Positions 47,336 through 57,167 of a DNA stretch of 64,000 nucleotides are shown in pieces. The stretch covers positions 15,115-79,114 of the forward strand of contig CAYUNM010000034.1 in the NCBI GenBank assembly GCA_964446175.1, in the 5' to 3' direction. Under the pieces are notes generated by a model. That model had not been told where the DNA came from. It saw only the letters and a program-made list of their open reading frames with translations, and did not search any database. The position numbers and the translations under genes are program-made. This stretch comes from an uncultured Kofleriaceae bacterium (GTDB taxonomy: Bacteria; Myxococcota_A; Polyangia; Haliangiales; Haliangiaceae). How positions within the stretch are numbered: the stretch's first letter is position 1; the number at the start of each line of letters is the position of its first letter.

Positions 47336-50300
47336 TCCAGAAGTCGCGCGGGTAGAGCTTCGTCAGCACGGCGTCCTTGCCGACCGCTGCCTTGAGGTAG
47401 TCCTGGTAGGCGGCGAGCTGCTTGTCGTTGCCGATCACGAAGTAGACGCCGTGCGGATCGAGCTTGCCGTAGCCCGGCAGCACCTTGCCGTAGACCTTCT
47501 CCATGCGGCCGAACAGCTGCTGCGCGAGGTCGGCGCGCTTGCTCGCGTCGAGGAGCTTGCCGCGGAACGTCTTGACGAGCGCCGGCGTGACGCCGTCGGT
47601 GAGGTCGGCGGCCATCGCGCTCGCGCGCGCCTCGTAGCCGTTCGCGATGCGCGAGCCGAACGCCGACGCGATCGCGTAGCGCGCGATGTTCGGATCCGGT
47701 TGCGCCTTGCGCAGCTCGCCGATGACGAAGCGGATCGTCTGCGGCAGCAGCGGGCAGCGTTCGGCGTAGTAATCGAGCGCGCCGATGTTGAGCCGCGGGT
47801 GCAGGCCGTTGGAGTACGCGAGCCCGGCCGCCCACGTCTTCATGAAGATCGAGTGGGCGCCGTGGCCGGTGTAGAGGTTCGAGGCGAGGTAGTCGAGCAC
47901 CGCGTCGTCGCTCGTATCCGCGTAGTACGTCGACGGCGCGAGGTTGAGGAAGACGCCGCTCGACGTCGACGGCGCGACGAGCCCGACGAACGCCGGCCGC
48001 TTGCCCGTGCGCTCCTGCACGCGCTCCGCGAGCAGCGCCTTCTCCGGCACCGTGCCGGTCGCGCTCGTGTGCTCGCTCAGCATGCCGACCAGCGCGTCGA
48101 CATCCTTCGCGATCGCCTTCTGGTTCGCCGCCGACCCGACCTCGACGAACCGCGCGCGCCACTTCGCGAACAGCCGGTCGCGCAGCTGCGCCAGGTGCTG
48201 CAGCGCCGCCGGCGCACCGACCTTCAGATCCTTCGCCATCTCGCGGCACAGGTACTCCCAGTCCGCCGCGAGCGAGTCATCCGGCAGCTCGCCGACGAGC
48301 GCCGCGAGATCCTTGCCCGCCTCGCGCGCGAGCGGCGCCGCCTTCGCGGAGAGCCGGCCGACCGCGCCCGTCCAGGTCGCGAGCGCCTTGTCGTGCGACG
48401 AGCCGCCCTTCTCGAGCAGCCCGGCGAGCTGCACGAGCTGCGCGCGCTTCAGCTTCTTCGCGGTGGCGAGCGTCTCGAGGAAGCCGGCGACCTCGGTCGT
48501 GGTCGCGGCATCACCGGGGTCGGCGAGCATCCAGCGCAGGCGATGGAGGTCGTGCGCCTGCGTGAGGAACGACGACGTGTGCAGGTACTCGAGCGGCAGC
48601 CGCTCCATGCCCTGCTGCCACCACGCGTCGCGCGGGTCGTCGACCCACGTCTCCTCGGGGCCGAGCATCCGCTGCCGCACGCCCGTCAGCTGCTGATCGA
48701 CGAGGTCGCGCAGCCGCGGCAGGTTGTCGACGCGCCAGTCGGGCGCGGTCATCACGCGACGCATCCACGCGAGCGCGGCCTTCGTCTCGCCCGCGCCGTT
48801 GCCCGCGCCCGCGACGACGAGCTCCGTGCGGCCCGTCTTGAGGTTCGTCGAGTAGTAGACGCTGAGCTCGAGGATCTCCTTGCGCAGCCGATCCTTCATC
48901 TCGTCGGCCGCGATCGGCTTGCCGTTGTCGATCACGCCCGCATCGCTGAGCAGCGACGGGAGCGCGGCGAGCCAGACTTCATCTTCCGGCGACGCGACGG
49001 CGCCGAGGCCGAACGACAGCTGCACGCGCGCGCTCGCCATCGAGTCGAACGTCGCGACGAGGCCGGGCACGCTGCCGAGCTTCGTCTGCTCGTACTGCAG
49101 CCCGTCGTCGAGCGTCATCGGCGGCGACGCGACGAGCGGCGGCAGCTCGACGGACTTCGCCGTCTGTTCGAGCTTCGCGGTCTCCGCGTCGTAGTCGTGC
49201 TGGTACTTCGCGAGCGTGCCGGCCGCGTCCTTCGTGCCGTACTGCTTCTGCAGGCGCGCGAGCTCGTCGGCGATCCGCCCGTCGCGCTCCTTGTCGAGCT
49301 GCTTGCGCAGGTCCGGGCTCGGCTTCGCGGCCACGCCGAACGGCGGCTGCAACAGGCCCCATTTCGGCAGGCGCTCGCGCCACGGATTCTTGCTGCCCCC
49401 GACGATCTTCTCGATCGCGGCGAGCTCCGGCCGCAGCGTCAGCGACTTGCGGAAGCCCTTCGTCTTCGACAGCTCGTGCAGGTGATCGATCCACCCCGAG
49501 CCGGTGCCGCGGAACCCGAAGCCCGGCGGCGTGTCGAGGAACTTCGCGAGCCGGCGCCGCATGTCGACGACGCGCGTCTCGATCTTCTGATCGAACGCGA
49601 CGAGCTCGGGATCGCCGTCGGGCAGCTTCGCGATCCGATCGAGCTCGGCGAGCACGAGCGTGCGCACGTCGTCGACGGTCTTCGCGTCGAGCTTGTCGGC
49701 CCGCACGCCCGAGAGGCCGATGAACACCGGCTGGCCCTGATCCGTCGAGACGCTCGCCCACACGCTGTTCGCGCCGAGATCCACGACGCGCGTCTTGCTG
49801 TCGATCAGCTTCTTGTAGAGCGGCGTGGACTCGTCGCCCGCGAGCGCATCGGCGAACAACGAGAGCAGCGTGTGCTCGGTCTCGTCGAGGTTGCGCGACG
49901 CGGGCCACGCCAGCATCAGCGGGCCGGGGTTCGCGGTGTCCGCGTACGGGTAGTCGACGACCTCGACCGTGCCGGCCGCACCGGGCGCCGGCGCCGGCAG
50001 ATCCGCCTCCGTCATCTTCTTGCCCTGCCGCCCCGCTTCCTTCTCGAGGATCGCGCTCGTCTGATCGAGCACGTCGGGCAGCGTCATCGCCGACGGGAAC
50101 GCGCCGACCATCCCCATGTTCGCGAGGTGATAGGCGGCGTCGTGGAAGTGCCGGATGTCCTCCGGCGTCATCGTGCGGATCGCGGGCGGATAGCCGCCCG
50201 AGTCGAGCGCGAGCGGGTGCTTCGCGCCGTAGACGAGCTGGCCCGCCGCGCGCCAGAGGTTGGTCTCCGGCTGCTCGTACGTGCGCACCATCTCGTTGTA

Positions 50301-50921
50301 GACGGTGCCCTTCTCCTCGAGACGCAGCTTGCCGTCGTCGGCCTTGTCGACGCCGAAGTTCCGCACCTCGCGCCGGATCTCCTCGTCGGTGTAGTCGGGG
50401 TTGAGCAGCGCGTCGAGGTGGTTGCCGAACACCGGCCAGAACTCCGCGTTCCCCGCGACGGTGTGGAAGTGATACGCGGTGCGCCACTGCGCGGTGAACG
50501 CGCTCGACTCCGCGAGCGCCATCGCTTCGCTCGATCCGAGCCGCCGCCCACGATCACCCTTGCCGAGCAGCAGGTGCTCCTGCGTGTGCGGCTCGCCCTG
50601 ATCATCGGTCGGAAACGAGTTGACCCAGATGAAGCCCTGCGGCGCGCTCTCGATGCGCAGGTAGTCGAACACGAAGCCGGTCTTGTCGTGCACGAAGCGC
50701 GCGCCGAGCGGCTTGTCGGCGTCGTCGAGGTACAGCGCGACCGCCGTGAACCCGTGGAGCTTCTGACCTTCGGTGAGCGCGTCGAGCGAATCCGTCATGG
50801 GGGCTGGTGCGATGGCCGGTCGTGCCGGAGGTGGCGGCGCGCTCGTCGCGACCTTCGCAGGCTTGGGCGGACAGCACGCAGCGACGAGCAGCAACAACGG
50901 GAGCGACCGCATCGCGCGCAC
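47319..50921 (-). CDS. Large M16 (pitrilysin/insulinase-type, PreP-like) zinc metallopeptidase lipoprotein, 1200 aa
   Basis: Lipobox LLVAAC. Inverted zinc motif HTQEH followed by LLLGKG. Size and layout suggest four M16-like lobes. Confidence 0.8.
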   Translation of the reverse strand: MRAMRSLPLLLLVAACCPPKPAKVATSAPPPPARPAIAPAPMTDSLDALTEGQKLHGFTAVALYLDDADKPLGARFVHDKTGFVFDYLRIESAPQGFIWVNSFPTDDQGEPHTQEHLLLGKGDRGRRLGSSEAMALAESSAFTAQWRTAYHFHTVAGNAEFWPVFGNHLDALLNPDYTDEEIRREVRNFGVDKADDGKLRLEEKGTVYNEMVRTYEQPETNLWRAAGQLVYGAKHPLALDSGGYPPAIRTMTPEDIRHFHDAAYHLANMGMVGAFPSAMTLPDVLDQTSAILEKEAGRQGKKMTEADLPAPAPGAAGTVEVVDYPYADTANPGPLMLAWPASRNLDETEHTLLSLFADALAGDESTPLYKKLIDSKTRVVDLGANSVWASVSTDQGQPVFIGLSGVRADKLDAKTVDDVRTLVLAELDRIAKLPDGDPELVAFDQKIETRVVDMRRRLAKFLDTPPGFGFRGTGSGWIDHLHELSKTKGFRKSLTLRPELAAIEKIVGGSKNPWRERLPKWGLLQPPFGVAAKPSPDLRKQLDKERDGRIADELARLQKQYGTKDAAGTLAKYQHDYDAETAKLEQTAKSVELPPLVASPPMTLDDGLQYEQTKLGSVPGLVATFDSMASARVQLSFGLGAVASPEDEVWLAALPSLLSDAGVIDNGKPIAADEMKDRLRKEILELSVYYSTNLKTGRTELVVAGAGNGAGETKAALAWMRRVMTAPDWRVDNLPRLRDLVDQQLTGVRQRMLGPEETWVDDPRDAWWQQGMERLPLEYLHTSSFLTQAHDLHRLRWMLADPGDAATTTEVAGFLETLATAKKLKRAQLVQLAGLLEKGGSSHDKALATWTGAVGRLSAKAAPLAREAGKDLAALVGELPDDSLAADWEYLCREMAKDLKVGAPAALQHLAQLRDRLFAKWRARFVEVGSAANQKAIAKDVDALVGMLSEHTSATGTVPEKALLAERVQERTGKRPAFVGLVAPSTSSGVFLNLAPSTYYADTSDDAVLDYLASNLYTGHGAHSIFMKTWAAGLAYSNGLHPRLNIGALDYYAERCPLLPQTIRFVIGELRKAQPDPNIARYAIASAFGSRIANGYEARASAMAADLTDGVTPALVKTFRGKLLDASKRADLAQQLFGRMEKVYGKVLPGYGKLDPHGVYFVIGNDKQLAAYQDYLKAAVGKDAVLTKLYPRDFWITAPL

Positions 50922-50929
50922 TCTAGCCC

Positions 50930-52552
50930 ATGTGTTACACGCGCTGGATGCGTTTGTGGGTGCTCTTCTTGGCGGCGTGCGTGCACGCAGGAGCCGTCCC
51001 CTCGGTACGCGGAATGGGACACGTCCATCGCGCGATCGCGACGGCCTCGCCCGAAGCCCAGCGGCACTTCGATGCCGGCCTCGCGCTCGCCTACGGCTTC
51101 AACTTCGACGAGGCCGCGTACGAGTTCAACGTCGCGTCGCACGCCGATGCCGGATGCGCGATGTGCTGGTGGGGCCTCGCCTACGTCACGGGCCCGAACA
51201 TCAACGATCCGGGCAAGCAGCTCCCGATGGCGTTCGAGCTCGCGCACCGCGCCGCCGCGCTCGCCACGACGCCCGCCGAGAAGGCGCTCACCGCCGCGCT
51301 CGTCCAGCGCTACGACATGGCCCCCGCCGACGACGCGCGCCGCACGCAGCTGCACCACGCGTACGCGGAGGCGATGCGCCGGGTCGTGCAGCAGTTCCCC
51401 GACGACGTCGACGTCCTCACGCTCGCGAGCGAGGCGCTGATGATCGACACGCCCGTCGGCCCGAACTGGAGCAAGCCCGAGGGCAAGCCGCTGTCGCCGA
51501 ACATCATGGCCGGCAAGCAGCTGCTCGAGCACGCGCTCGCGCTCGCGCCCGATCACATCGGGGCCATCCACTACTACATCCACCTGCTCGATGACGGCCC
51601 CTATCAGGAGCTCGCACTCCCCTACGCCGACAAGCTCGGCAAGCTCGCACCGGGCGCCGGCCACCTCGTCCACATGCCGTCGCACGTCTACCTGCACGTC
51701 GGCCGCTGGGCCGACGCCGAGGACGCGAACCACCACGCGATGGCCGCCGACGCGGAGTACCTGAAGAACGCGATCCCCAAGACCGAGTACGCGATGTTCA
51801 CCGGCCACCCGAAGGACTTCCTCTGGTACGTCGTCCTCTGGGAAGGCGAGCGCGCGCAGGCCGTGAAGCTCGCGAACGAGCTCGCGCACCAGATGATGGA
51901 CATGGATCCGAACGCGCCCGACTGGACGCAGACGTATCCCGCGTACACGTACGTGCGCTTCGCGATGTGGGACGAGGCGCTGGCGCTGCCCGAGCCGAAG
52001 GGCCCGTCGAGCGGCGTCGCCACCCACTTCGCCAGGGGCCTCGCGCTCGCCGCGAAGGGCAAGCTCGACGACGCGGCACACGAGGCCGAGCTCGCGCGCA
52101 AGGCGCCGGACCTGCCGCCGCTCGCACCTCCGGATCCGCAGATGCCGGCGGCCTTCGCCGCGCGCCGCCGCGACTTCCGCGTGAACATCGCCGAGAGCGC
52201 CGCGAAGACGATCGAGGCCGCCGTGGCCGAAGCGCGCGGCGATCGCACGGCCGCGATCGCGCTGCTGCGCGATGCCGTGGCCGCCGAGGACAAGGCCCCG
52301 CCGATGGGCGAGCCGCCGTCGTGGCCGCTCTCGGCACGCCAGCGCCTCGGCGCCGTGCTGCTCGCCGACCGCAAGCCCGCCGATGCCGCCGCCGTCTACC
52401 GCGAGGATCTCGCGCGCCATCCGCACAACGGCTGGGCGCTCTACGGCCTCGCGACCGCGCTCGACGCGCAGCACGATCCCGCCGCGAAGGCCGCCTGGCG
52501 GGAGTTCACGGCCGCGTGGGCGCGCGCGGATGTGAAGGCGAGCTTGCGGTAA
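50930..52552 (+). CDS. Secreted TPR-like helical-repeat protein (start at 50930 or 50948)
   Basis: Signal/lipobox VLFLAAC. All-alpha repeat-like sequence ending in GWALYGLATAL. No catalytic motif seen. Confidence 0.6.
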   Translation: MCYTRWMRLWVLFLAACVHAGAVPSVRGMGHVHRAIATASPEAQRHFDAGLALAYGFNFDEAAYEFNVASHADAGCAMCWWGLAYVTGPNINDPGKQLPMAFELAHRAAALATTPAEKALTAALVQRYDMAPADDARRTQLHHAYAEAMRRVVQQFPDDVDVLTLASEALMIDTPVGPNWSKPEGKPLSPNIMAGKQLLEHALALAPDHIGAIHYYIHLLDDGPYQELALPYADKLGKLAPGAGHLVHMPSHVYLHVGRWADAEDANHHAMAADAEYLKNAIPKTEYAMFTGHPKDFLWYVVLWEGERAQAVKLANELAHQMMDMDPNAPDWTQTYPAYTYVRFAMWDEALALPEPKGPSSGVATHFARGLALAAKGKLDDAAHEAELARKAPDLPPLAPPDPQMPAAFAARRRDFRVNIAESAAKTIEAAVAEARGDRTAAIALLRDAVAAEDKAPPMGEPPSWPLSARQRLGAVLLADRKPADAAAVYREDLARHPHNGWALYGLATALDAQHDPAAKAAWREFTAAWARADVKASLR

Positions 52553-52654
52553 GCGCGCATGCGAAATTCTTGGAGGGTGACGATCACGTTTTTGTCAGTT
52601 GTGGGGCAGTTTGTCTTGACGCTATAGAGGCCAATTCGCTACTCGCTTCCGCGC

Positions 52655-55600
52655 GTGAAGCTCCAAACGATTTTCTTCCTCGCAGTTTCGATCGCGGTGG
52701 TGGGGTGCGGGGGCGACGGCAAGAAGGCGCCGACAGGGCCCGAGTGCTCGAACGGCGTCGACGATGACGGCGACGGGAAGATCGACTTCCCCGACGATCT
52801 CGGCTGCTCCAACGCCCAGGACGACAGCGAGGACAGCGCCCTGCTTCCGCAGTGCAACGACGGACGCGACAACGACGGCGACGGAAAGATCGACTATCCG
52901 AACGATCCCGGCTGCCTCGTCGCGCAGCAGGACAGCGAGACCGACGACTGTCCCGACGGGCCGGGTTGCCCGCAGTGCAGCAACGGCAAGGACGACGATG
53001 CGAACGGTCTGACCGACTATCCGAACGATCCCGGTTGCACGTCCGCCGGCGACTTCGACGAGTACACGCAGAACCCGAACGCGTGCGGCACCGGCATCAT
53101 GATCCATCAGCTGCCGCCCACCGGCATGGTGACCGCGATGGTCGACGGCATGCAGCTCTATCCGAACGTCTCGCCGTGCGGCGGCGGCGGCAGCAGCGGC
53201 ATCGACGTCGCCGCGTACGAGCTGCACCTCACCGAGCCGAAGGTGATCGTCGCGTCGACGGCGGGCTCGGCGATCGACACCGTGCTCGACATCCGCAGCG
53301 CGGCGTGCAGCGCGGCCGACTCCGAGCTCGCGTGCAATGACAACGACGGCAACCTCACCACGTCGAAGCTCGCGTACTCCGCGCAGCCGGGCACGTACTA
53401 CATCCTCGTCGAGACGAGGTCGGGCGTCGCCGGCAACTTCATGCTGACCGTGCAGCAGCTCGCCGGCGAAGGCACCGCGTGCACCGACAACAGCGAGTGC
53501 GGTCCCGGCCTCGTCTGCCGCATCCCGCACGGCGGCTCGACGATGTCGTGCGAGAAGCCCGTCTGCAACGACGGTCGCGACGACGACGGCGACGGCAAGA
53601 TGGACTACCCGAACGATCCGGGCTGCACGTCGGCCGACGACGACGACGAGACCGATGACTGCCCGAGCGGCCCCGGCTGCCCCGCGTGCGCGAATGGCGT
53701 GGACGACGACAACGACGGGATGACGGACTATCCGGCCGACACGTCGTGCACGAGCGCCTCGGGCAACAGCGAGGCGTGCCAGGGCGAAGAGGATCCGATC
53801 ACCGCGATCACCGCGGGGACGACCTCGGGAACGCTCGTCGGCGCGCACGACAACCACGACCCGACGTGCGGTGGTGACGGCGGCGGCGACATCCTCTACA
53901 CGCTCACCGTCCCGCCGATGCGCTCGCTCGTGCTCGACACCGAGGGCACGACCGGCGACACGCTGCTGTCGATCATGACGGCGACCTGCAGCGAGCCGAG
54001 CCTGGCGTGCGATGACGACGGCGGCACGTCGGGAAGCTCGTCGCGCCTCGCGCTGAGCAACCTCGCCGCCGGCACGTACATCGTCGCCGTCGACAACTAC
54101 AACGGCACGAAGCCGCCCGCGCCCTACGACCTGCACCTCACCGGCGTGATCCAGCCGGGCGGCAGCTGCAACCCCTCCGACACGCTCGGCGGCGCGCTGC
54201 AGTGCCCCGTCTCGAATCCGTGCTCCGGCACGACCGGCAACCTCAAGTGCCAGCCGAGCGCGTGCGGCGACGGCCAGGACAACGACGGCGACGGCAAGAC
54301 CGACTACCCCGACGATCCGGGCTGCGCGTCGGCCGACGACACCGACGAGTCCGACTCGTGCCCCGGCGCCGGCCCGAACTGCCCCGAGTGCGCCGACGGC
54401 GTCGACAACGACGGTGACGGCCAGATCGATTACCCGAACGACACGAACTGCACGTCGCCGGGCCAGGCGTCGGAAGGCTGCCCGTCGACGGACGGCGTCA
54501 CCGCGATCACGACCAGCGTGACGCAGGACTCGACGACCGGCGCGAACAACGACGTCCACCCGACGTGCAGCAGCAGCAGCGAGGCGGCGCCGGACCACAC
54601 GTTCAGCCTGCAGCTGCCGACGCTCAAGTCGCTGTCGATCGTGGGCTCGAACACGTGGGACGGCGTGCTGGCGCTCTACGACTCGACCTGCGGCGGCACG
54701 CCGCTGTCGTGTCAGGACGGCGAGAACATCTCGCTGCAGAACGTCACGGCCGGCAACTACTTCCTCGTCCTCGACGGCTACTCGACGGGATCGGGCGACT
54801 CGACGATCACCGTCAGCGGCGTGATCCAGAACGGCGGCAGCTGCGAATCGCCGCTCGCGCAGAACGGCGCGCTGACGTGCTCGACGGGCTTCGCCTGCGC
54901 CGGCACGCCCGGCTCGCGCACCTGCCGTCCCGCTGCCTGCAACGACGGCCACGATAACGACGGCGACGGCATCGCCGACTACCCGAACGATCCGGGCTGC
55001 GCCTCGATCAGCGACAACGACGAGTCCGACGCGTGCCCCGGCGGCGCGGGCTGCCCGGCGTGCAGCGATGGTCAGGACAACGACGGCGACGGCATGATCG
55101 ACTATCCGGATGATCCGAGCTGCGGCGCGGCATCGGGAACGTCGGAAGCCTGTGCCTCGAGCGAGCAGGTCATCGCGCTCGTCGCTCCGTCGACGCCCGG
55201 CACGACCGTCAACAGCGTGAATGACGTCATCCCGACGTGCGGCAGCTCGTCGAACACGGCTGGCGATCTCACGTACTCGCTCACCGTCCCCGCGCTGTCG
55301 AGCCTGACGATCACGAACACGAACTCGTTCGACGCGGCGGTCGAGCTGCTCGACTCGACGTGTGGCGGCGCGCCGCTGCAGTGCAAGGACGAGCCCGAGA
55401 CGATCCAGGTCGGGCCGCTCGATGCCGGCACGTACTACTACGTCATCGACGGCTACAGCTCGTCGACCGGTGCGTACACGATCGACGTCGCGGGCACGAT
55501 CAAGAACGGCGCGAGCTGCGAGGGCACGCTCGCCGATACCGGCGCGCTGACCTGCGGCGCGGGCTACGCGTGCAAGGGCGTCGCGGGCGCGCGCACGTGC

Positions 55601-56290
55601 CAGCCCCTCCAGTGCGCCGATGGCATGGACAACGATGGCGACGGCAAGATCGACTTCCCGTTCGAGCCGGGCTGCGATTCGCCCTCGGACGACGACGAGA
55701 CCGATCCCGCCACCGCTTCGGTGTGCTCGAACGGCGCCGACGACGACAACGACATGGCGACCGACTTCCCGGCCGACTACGGCTGCTCGTCGGCGGCCGG
55801 CACGAGCGAGGTCTTCTGCGCGCCGGAGATGAACCCGACCGCGCTGATCACGACGACGCCGGTGACCGGCACCACCGCCGGCCTGACGAGCGAGTTCGCG
55901 AGCCACAGCTGCCAGTCGAGCTCGAGCGGCGCGGACACCGTCCTCGCACTCCAGCTGCCCGTCGCGGTCGACACGCTCGTCCTCGACCTGTCGAACTCGA
56001 GCTACGACACCGTGCTCAGCGTCCGCGACCTGACGTGCGGCACGCAGCTCGCCTGCGACGATGACAGCGGCGACCCCGGCTCGCAGTCCAAGCTGACGAT
56101 GACGGCGGTGGCGGCTGGCACGTACGCGGTCGTCATCGACGGCTACAGCGGGAGCTCGGGCGCGTACACGCTGGCGGTCCACGGCACGCTCGGGGCGGGC
56201 ACGCGCTGCGACTCGCCGCTCGTCACGTCGGGCGTGCTCGCCTGCGCGACCGGCCTGACCTGCTCGGGATCGCCGGCGACCTGTCGCTGA
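52655..56290 (+). CDS. Giant modular lipoprotein: 5 super-modules of MopE-type Cys/Asp metal-binding motifs + PPC-like beta-sandwich + small Cys-knot segment
   Basis: GTG start. Lipobox IAVVGCGG. 11 copies of C.(N/D)G.D(D/N)D.(D/N)G..D(Y/F)P.D..C. 5 copies of a GTY..V.DGYS...G.Y...V.G segment, each followed by GG.C......GAL.C..G..C. Confidence 0.8.
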   Translation: MKLQTIFFLAVSIAVVGCGGDGKKAPTGPECSNGVDDDGDGKIDFPDDLGCSNAQDDSEDSALLPQCNDGRDNDGDGKIDYPNDPGCLVAQQDSETDDCPDGPGCPQCSNGKDDDANGLTDYPNDPGCTSAGDFDEYTQNPNACGTGIMIHQLPPTGMVTAMVDGMQLYPNVSPCGGGGSSGIDVAAYELHLTEPKVIVASTAGSAIDTVLDIRSAACSAADSELACNDNDGNLTTSKLAYSAQPGTYYILVETRSGVAGNFMLTVQQLAGEGTACTDNSECGPGLVCRIPHGGSTMSCEKPVCNDGRDDDGDGKMDYPNDPGCTSADDDDETDDCPSGPGCPACANGVDDDNDGMTDYPADTSCTSASGNSEACQGEEDPITAITAGTTSGTLVGAHDNHDPTCGGDGGGDILYTLTVPPMRSLVLDTEGTTGDTLLSIMTATCSEPSLACDDDGGTSGSSSRLALSNLAAGTYIVAVDNYNGTKPPAPYDLHLTGVIQPGGSCNPSDTLGGALQCPVSNPCSGTTGNLKCQPSACGDGQDNDGDGKTDYPDDPGCASADDTDESDSCPGAGPNCPECADGVDNDGDGQIDYPNDTNCTSPGQASEGCPSTDGVTAITTSVTQDSTTGANNDVHPTCSSSSEAAPDHTFSLQLPTLKSLSIVGSNTWDGVLALYDSTCGGTPLSCQDGENISLQNVTAGNYFLVLDGYSTGSGDSTITVSGVIQNGGSCESPLAQNGALTCSTGFACAGTPGSRTCRPAACNDGHDNDGDGIADYPNDPGCASISDNDESDACPGGAGCPACSDGQDNDGDGMIDYPDDPSCGAASGTSEACASSEQVIALVAPSTPGTTVNSVNDVIPTCGSSSNTAGDLTYSLTVPALSSLTITNTNSFDAAVELLDSTCGGAPLQCKDEPETIQVGPLDAGTYYYVIDGYSSSTGAYTIDVAGTIKNGASCEGTLADTGALTCGAGYACKGVAGARTCQPLQCADGMDNDGDGKIDFPFEPGCDSPSDDDETDPATASVCSNGADDDNDMATDFPADYGCSSAAGTSEVFCAPEMNPTALITTTPVTGTTAGLTSEFASHSCQSSSSGADTVLALQLPVAVDTLVLDLSNSSYDTVLSVRDLTCGTQLACDDDSGDPGSQSKLTMTAVAAGTYAVVIDGYSGSSGAYTLAVHGTLGAGTRCDSPLVTSGVLACATGLTCSGSPATCR

Positions 56291-57119
56291 CTCGAGCCTG
56301 CGGCACGCCGGTGACGAGCACGTAGTTCTTGCCCGTCACGAAGACCTGCATGTGGTGCTGCTGCAGGTACTTCCGGTAGAACGCGACGTCCTTGATCACG
56401 AGGCCGAGCTCCGGCTCGGTGAAGTTGACCATGCGCGCGCCGTACTCGATCTCGCCGTCGATGTAGCGGCAGTTCGGCCAGCCGAAGATCACGGCGCCGC
56501 CCAGTGCGAGCAGCTCCTGCACGACGGTGCGGACGAGAGCGCGATCGTCGAGTGCGCCGCTCTGCAAGAGGCCCACCGACATCACGAGATCGAAGCGCCC
56601 GAGCGCGGGCAGCGCCGTGACATCGGCCTCGACGAACGTCGCCTCGGGCACGCGTTCGCGCGCGAGGGCGAGCGCCGCCGCGCTGCGGTCCACGCCGACG
56701 CGCTCGCCACCGACCAGCGTCAATAGCTCGCCCGTGCCGCAGCCGAGGTCGAGCACGCGCGCCCGCGGCCCCACGCGCGCGAGCGCCGCCTGCAGATCGA
56801 GCACGAGCGGCTCCTCCAGCTTCGAGGGCAGCTGCGCGTAGTCGCCGCTCCAGCGACGCTCGCGATCGAGGCGCTCGAACGACAGCTCGACGAGCGGTCC
56901 GTGCGCGCGCGGCGTGCGCATGCGAAGGCCGAGCCGCTCCGCGACATCGAGCCACGTGCGCCACGGGCGATGTACGAACATCTCGCCGTCGACCTCGACG
57001 AGCTCGCCCGCATAGCGCCCCGCGCCACGGTCGGGATCGAGTACGGAAAACCGAATCTCCGACTGATTCGCGATCCAGCTCACGATTCTTACGAGAGGCT
57101 CTCGTCGGAACACGGTCAC
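56223..57119 (-). CDS. Class I SAM-dependent methyltransferase
   Basis: VLDLGCGTGELL (motif I) and DLVMSVGLLQ. GTG start at 57119 (alternative at 57113). The 3' end overlaps the convergent giant lipoprotein gene by 68 nt. Confidence 0.7.
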   Translation of the reverse strand: MTVFRREPLVRIVSWIANQSEIRFSVLDPDRGAGRYAGELVEVDGEMFVHRPWRTWLDVAERLGLRMRTPRAHGPLVELSFERLDRERRWSGDYAQLPSKLEEPLVLDLQAALARVGPRARVLDLGCGTGELLTLVGGERVGVDRSAAALALARERVPEATFVEADVTALPALGRFDLVMSVGLLQSGALDDRALVRTVVQELLALGGAVIFGWPNCRYIDGEIEYGARMVNFTEPELGLVIKDVAFYRKYLQQHHMQVFVTGKNYVLVTGVPQARVSDRSPAIPSRSGRSRRRARPT

Positions 57120-57167
57120 GTGCCAACGATACGCGTGTATCCTGGGAACTGTCGCCGAGCTGCACGC

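Noticed and set aside
52616-52644. Sigma-70-like -35 TTGACG (52616-52621) upstream of the giant lipoprotein gene.
   Set aside because: No convincing -10 hexamer lies at 16-18 nt spacing (CTACTC at best), and myxobacterial promoters are poorly described by the E. coli consensus. Too weak to call.
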